64,000 nucleotides of DNA, taken from positions 11,255,654 through 11,319,653 of the forward strand of contig CM082577.2 of the NCBI GenBank assembly GCA_040954595.2. The letters run 5' to 3'. Under the pieces are notes generated by a model, which ran no database searches, was not told the DNA's origin, and worked only from the letters and a program-made list of their open reading frames with translations. Shown piece after piece: positions 58,301 to 64,000 of this stretch (within the stretch, counting starts at the first letter, position 1; every line of letters starts with the position of its first letter). The stretch is from Balanoglossus misakiensis (Eukaryota > Animalia > Hemichordata). The position numbers and the translations under genes were made by a program.

Positions 58301-60898
58301 AACAAGTAAAGTGAAAGATTGCAGTGGCCTGAAGAGAGGGAATAACTATCTGACATACAAGATGATGATTGCAGATTATCCCTGGGCCCTGCCATAACTT
58401 GGCAGCTTGGAATTCACACTCCCAGTAATTAAAAGAGATCTGGCGTATATATACGTTCTCCCAAAGGGGAGAGATGTCAGACGAGCCGGCCCTTTGATAT
58501 TGGAGCATATTTTTAATAAGCCTTGAGAAGAAAATTAGAACTCTGCGTAGACGGTAGAATGTGAAAATGTACGGCCAGGGTTCATGGGGGGGAAATTGAT
58601 GGGTGTTTATTGGTTGGAACAAGGAGACCCTGGGTAGCATGTTGACTAACCGCACAATGGCAGGGATGCTTAGAATTCAGTTAGGAAAAATATGCGAAAA
58701 ACCCCAGTTGTTCATTGTCCGTTGTGCAACATAACTTAAGCAAACAGTATAGGCATGCACTGACTTAATGTAAAGTTAACCTACATTGAACCGGTTTCAC
58801 TTGTGTGGTGATGCAAACTGTGTGTCGAGCTGTCAGTAAAGTGCATTTTGACTTTTTAAGATTTGTAAGATTATATACTGAAAATACTGATGAGTTTTAT
58901 TAGTGTGCTGAAATCAAAGTGTAGATAAGGACTCAAAGGGGATTTCCAATGAGTACGCTCTCTCTGTAAAAGTACTTTTTGTGTACAGGAGAATAATTGA
59001 TTTTTACTGTTTATAGTGTTCATAATGGTCCAAAATAGATGTGATACCACTAGGAAAGGGTTAACTACTGTACAGAACTCATACTTATACATTTTGCTAA
59101 CTTCTTAACCTGTCAAGTTGTGCATACGGTGCCCATGTTTTATTTTTCATCAAAAGTAACTCTTCAAGTTTTATTTCAATCATTACATACAGGAAATTTT
59201 AAGTTGTATAATTCAGGTCTTATATTCTTGATCCACTTTTTAGATTATAGATTATAAGTATACTACAGGAAAAAAAATGTATTCTTTGAAGCAGGAGATA
59301 GGTGAAAATATGGAACATGTACATGTACAATGTATGTTCAGACTGGTTTTAGTAAAACACTTTAGTATAGACAGGAAAGATGAACCCATAAAATGATAGT
59401 CCCCCTTTTCAGTGTTTGCAATTGATATCACAGATGATATCCCGATACACTGTATACGCCACATGTGGAACAAAAAAAAGCATGGTACATGGGCAACTTA
59501 ACAGATAGTTCTTTATTTACTTTGGCAGAAGGATGGGTCATGCCACCTCATCAGTGTCTGTGTGTACCCTTTTGACCTTTGGATGGCAAAAAAAAGAAGA
59601 AGAATGATGCATGTTCCATATGGCCGCGATCTTGCGTGACCAATTGAAACTACTTGTGTGTGTGTTTCTGGCTCAAATCACCCCAAGAGGGGGAAGTCTT
59701 GATACTTGAAATGCGACCTGAGATTTGTGTTTTTATAAACAATATGCCGGTCACATTTCCTCTTCAGCCAAATATTGTTTGCTTTTCACATTACAGACCC
59801 TGAAATTTCCTTCTCCATTTTAAAACACCACAGATAACAGAAAAACAAGCAACCAAAGTCTAACTGTGCAAAGATTTCGATGCCGGCTTGATTTGTCAGA
59901 TTTTATCAGTGACTGCTTCTGGGCATTTGTGAAGATACGATCTTGGAATTTCTTTTTATATCTGTGCAATTAATTATTTAACCTGCAGCCGTTCAGCAGT
60001 GAACACAATAAATTACAGGTGCATCCATCATTTGGATTGCAAAGTCAGAACAAATTTCAATGCTGTGAGAGAATTCGAATCAGCAAGATGTCACACTTTG
60101 TAGAAAAGTACAAATTAAAAGTTTGTATAATTTCAAATAATGTCAGTGTTTAAAGAATCGATAAACAAGAATAAAGTTGTACAGTCCCAAGACCAGGGTA
60201 CGTGTTTGCAGTTCAGTGTACAATGTATATTAAATTCAAGGTTGAAATTCAGCACTTGTCTTCTGCCGCTAAGGTTCAGGGCATTGACCTGGTGTTAAGC
60301 AAGTGCATGAGGCTGGCGATCTTGTTGATTGTGTGGAGAGAGCTTATCTCTTTTGCTTGTCGGATTTTGAAGTACATCTATGTGACAGAAATCCACGACT
60401 TAAACTGTACAAATGCGGTCTTTGGCAATAACATATTTTTTAATACGTCTTGTAATATTGTTTCAGTGATACAACTCCTGAGACTGGCAAACATATTTGG
60501 TGGCAGAGTATAGACGCTGTTTGTTTACCTGAACTGCATTCAAGTGTTTTTCAAGGTGAAATGCTGTAATGTGCCCTGTGTATTGAACCTGCAGGGCCCC
60601 GTTGATGGGCTCTGCATAAGTGTGACCCATCTGGTGACCTCAAAGTAAGGTGATGACAGAGGCGCCCGTTGGTTTATAACCTGTTGTTGGAGTAAAGTAT
60701 GACATTTATCCAAATACTCAACCCTATCGGGTATCTTTGATTGGGCAATCTATCCACTCTGACCCGATCTTGGAGGCTAAAGTGCTGTAAATTGCAGCGT
60801 CCAGCCTTGTCTTTTGTTTGTGTGCTTGGATCCAGTTTACTGGAATTGTTAATTATGCCCTAATGGTGCCTTGCAATGAAATTATAGTGTATTATTAA

Positions 60899-61145
60899 AG
60901 GGACAAGGTCTTTCTCTCGCTGCCCTTTTCCGTTATGATAGTAAAAATCTCGCCAAAATAAACGGTAAACGCCGATTATTCATTTTGGTGAGTTTTTCAC
61001 TACGCCATGTCTACAAGTGGGATGGAAGTTGTGTGGTCGAACGTTGATTCACTATACATGTATATCCACATGTAGAATAACGTAAATGGTGTCTTGTATC
61101 AAACATAATTAATGGAAAAAGGGCAGCGAGAGAGACTTTGTCCCT
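60899..61145. mobile_element. Kolobok-like MITE in RAB40 intron 1
   Basis: ttaa-AGGGACAAGGTC / GACTTTGTCCCT-ttaa; homologous to 51268-51585. Confidence 0.88.
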
Positions 61146-64000
61146 TTAAAAGAATGTGACCCAGTATGAATATTGCTTATCAACGTCACTGAGAAGCCTT
61201 GATTAACACCTGTTTTGTCATCTCTTGCATGTGACTGACATTTTTGCAGTTCATGCTAAAGCATGTACAAATGTACATATCCTGTGAAGAGCTGCAAAAC
61301 TGTGGTTATAACCAATCGAATTATTTATCGTTCTGTAGTACATCCTGGCCCTGGAGTTGTTCAATTCACTCTCTGCTATGAATTCTCTAAATATGAGGAA
61401 ATGTTTTGAATAGAAAATTCTGTATGTTTGTGTTGGCTGTTAATAACAGATTATTTACTGATTAATGATAAGACCAGATAAAGTTCTACAATTTCAGGTA
61501 ATTATAATACAGCTGGTGTTTTGTGTTGGTGACAATAGATGGGATAGCGATAAAGTGTTTTGTTTGAGGTGGCTACAGGTTATTTTATTGGGAAGTTCCC
61601 TTGCCTGTTGAAATAAACAACTAATTATTCCAGCAATGAAAGAGCTCTAGGAAGTCATGTGGGTCTTTCAACCCAATCTGCCTTTCAGACAGTTCTGCTG
61701 GAGTCAAAAGTTTGCAGCTGTCAATGCAAATGACTTGTATTCAGAATGGTGAATGCTGTTTTAAAGAAACTGTGATTTCTGTTTTGTTTATTGTGCATCA
61801 TTCAGTAATTAGATTTTCCTTTCTAAAAAACTCAGACACGAATGTGCAGCTAACTTTATACTTGCAAGTCCTTTTGTGAGCGAAGACCCAATTCCCACTT
61901 CTTTGCCAGTCTTCTTTTGAACCATTAAAAACTTTATTTCTCTATAAAAATGAAACCTGTCAAAGTGCGGTATATGGGATAATGTACCAGATATAGACCA
62001 GCTATCACTGAACAGACCTCTGTAAAAATTTATCGTTAGCAAAAATTTCCTGTTTTACGGTACCACAAGTATTCACTGTGCTTACAGCCGCCTCTACTAG
62101 TAGTGTATAATGTTTGATTTACAGTAGTCCAGTTAAATCAATAAACCTGCATTCCTTGTACAAGTTGTATACATGCCAAGTTTATATTCTGAAGTTCTGC
62201 ATATTGTAGCTTGTACTCATTTCCATTTATCCGTTGCAAGAAATACCAGTAGTTACAGGTCACATGTACAGAAAATCTTACTTTCGTATCATAAGATTAG
62301 AACCCTGCACATTGATCTACTACCAGAGACTGCCTGAAAGCTAATGACATGTTAATACACAGTAGAAATGTCATTATGTGTGGTCATACAGTAATTGCCA
62401 GCACACCGCCTGTCAAGTCTGATCCAGTGCTGCAAAAACATTCATTGGCAAATTTCCAACACCCATTTGTGTTATAGTCATCCTATTCCATCATTTCAAT
62501 TTTTATTCCATAAATAAATGACAAAGTACTATTGTTGTCTATTTTGCAAAATGGGGTGTGTGTTTTGTGCAGTCGGCCTAATTACATGTATGCACAGAAA
62601 GTACCAGATCATAAATCTTGTGATCATTTAAATAAAATGGCATTTAGGCGAAAACTGTGTACCATCAAAGCTATTAATTTTTTAGTTTCCTGGTTTTTGC
62701 AACATTTAGGAAGATGGTGTTTGCCGAATTATTTCTAATGCAAACAGTACATTTTTCTCAGTGTGGATATCACTATAAAATGTATAGTTTCTACTTTATA
62801 GCTGTAACTTGGTTTCCTGCAGTACAAAAAGTCATTTTTTTCATTGTTTATTGAACATTCCAGTAGGCTTCACATTCTTTCTTAAAATTGAACAAAAGTG
62901 TCTACATGTAATTACATTGAAATAGATACTCAAAGCGGTCTCTCTTTCCAGCATTGACAAAACAGTGCATTAACAGTATAAAACAGCTGTATCTGTGGTT
63001 ATTTAATTGAAATTTATACCAAAAACCCTGTAGGCTGTACTACTAATAATGTCAACATTTCAGAAAGTTTTAGCAAAAGTAGTAATGGAAAATAAAAGAT
63101 ATACACAAAGTCATGAGACCTATTAAGAGAAACAACAACCGTGTATTTTCACAGATTTCAGTTTTCAAGCCTAATTTCGTATTTGAAGTCTCTGTACATA
63201 GCCTTCTGATGGATTAATTGAATGATCGTTGATTGACAGCTAGGACATTTACATGTAGGAACTTTCCTGACTGTGCTACATGTACAATGTACATTGTACG
63301 GTAACAGGTTTGTAAAGGCCACTCTACATGTAGGTATTTTTCTGGATTCATTAGCTGAGAGGGGGGAGGGGCTTGTGTCTGTGATGGCTGAAGAACGAGT
63401 CCACATCATTTGGCTCTGACTGATGGTATCTCAGTTTTCTTCAGCCTTGATGTCTTGTAATGGGACAACGGAAATCGGGATTCATAATGACAGCAACTGT
63501 CAGCCCAAGGATTAACTGCAAAATCCATCTTTCTTATTTAAACCTGTTTGCATTTATTTACCCCAGAAATGGGACTGAAATTACCCAATTGAATTCAAGT
63601 AAAACACAAACAGGGTAAAAGTCAAAAGGTACATTGTTTATTGAATTTGATGCAGACCTTATGGGTTAAAATCTTTATAGAAATTGTTTGAAATTTGACA
63701 GTAAACAATTTGCGGGGAGAATTCAGTAGCCTTGATAGATGGACCAAGTCAATCTGATTGTATCTAAAGCTTGTAGAGTTCAGCCTGGGGCAGAAATGAA
63801 AGGATTTGTGTGTAAAGGATACGTTATGTACGTCATTGTTGGAATGCATTATTGTGCTGTGTAATGATGTTGATAAGAAGGGAGATCATGATAATGGTGT
63901 ACAATATGCAACTTTTTTGGCTTAATCGTTTTAGCCGGTCTAATCAAGATAAAGTACTGTACAAATTTCAGCAACTGGTTAGTTTTGCAGTCAGTACACA

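Noticed and set aside
55336-64000. Further RAB40 exons or other genes
   Set aside because: No IDYKTTTILLDG- or WDTSGQ-like exon recognised by eye and the short ORFs lack motifs; treated as intron 1, though a small exon could be missed.

Overview
AT-rich, repeat-dense animal DNA; an invertebrate deuterostome origin (hemichordate- or echinoderm-like) is inferred from gene content and repeat style only. There are no prokaryotic features. (1) 1-24.8 kb is a recent tandem duplication of a spliced + strand gene encoding C-type lectin (CTL) domain(s) followed by a PKD1L/REJ-type GAIN domain. Its frame stops 15 codons after an intact GPS autoproteolysis site, with no transmembrane part visible. Between the two copies all 13 visible substitutions in the shared lectin domain change the protein, while most in the linker/GAIN exons are silent. 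(2) 27.5-44 kb holds two paralogous, effector-less C2H2 zinc-finger genes built from 84-bp minisatellite-like fingers. A third ZNF remnant sits at the lectin-gene duplication junction. (3) 46.9-54.5 kb (-) is an 8-exon PRDM-family gene with a degenerate PR/SET domain and one probable GC-AG intron, head-to-head with exon 1 of RAB40. Many non-autonomous DNA transposons are present (Harbinger-, Kolobok-, piggyBac-, Helentron-like and 9-bp-TSD foldbacks), plus a decayed Merlin element. Several are confirmed by an empty site in the paralogous copy. All exon models and substitution counts were made by eye and need computational confirmation.
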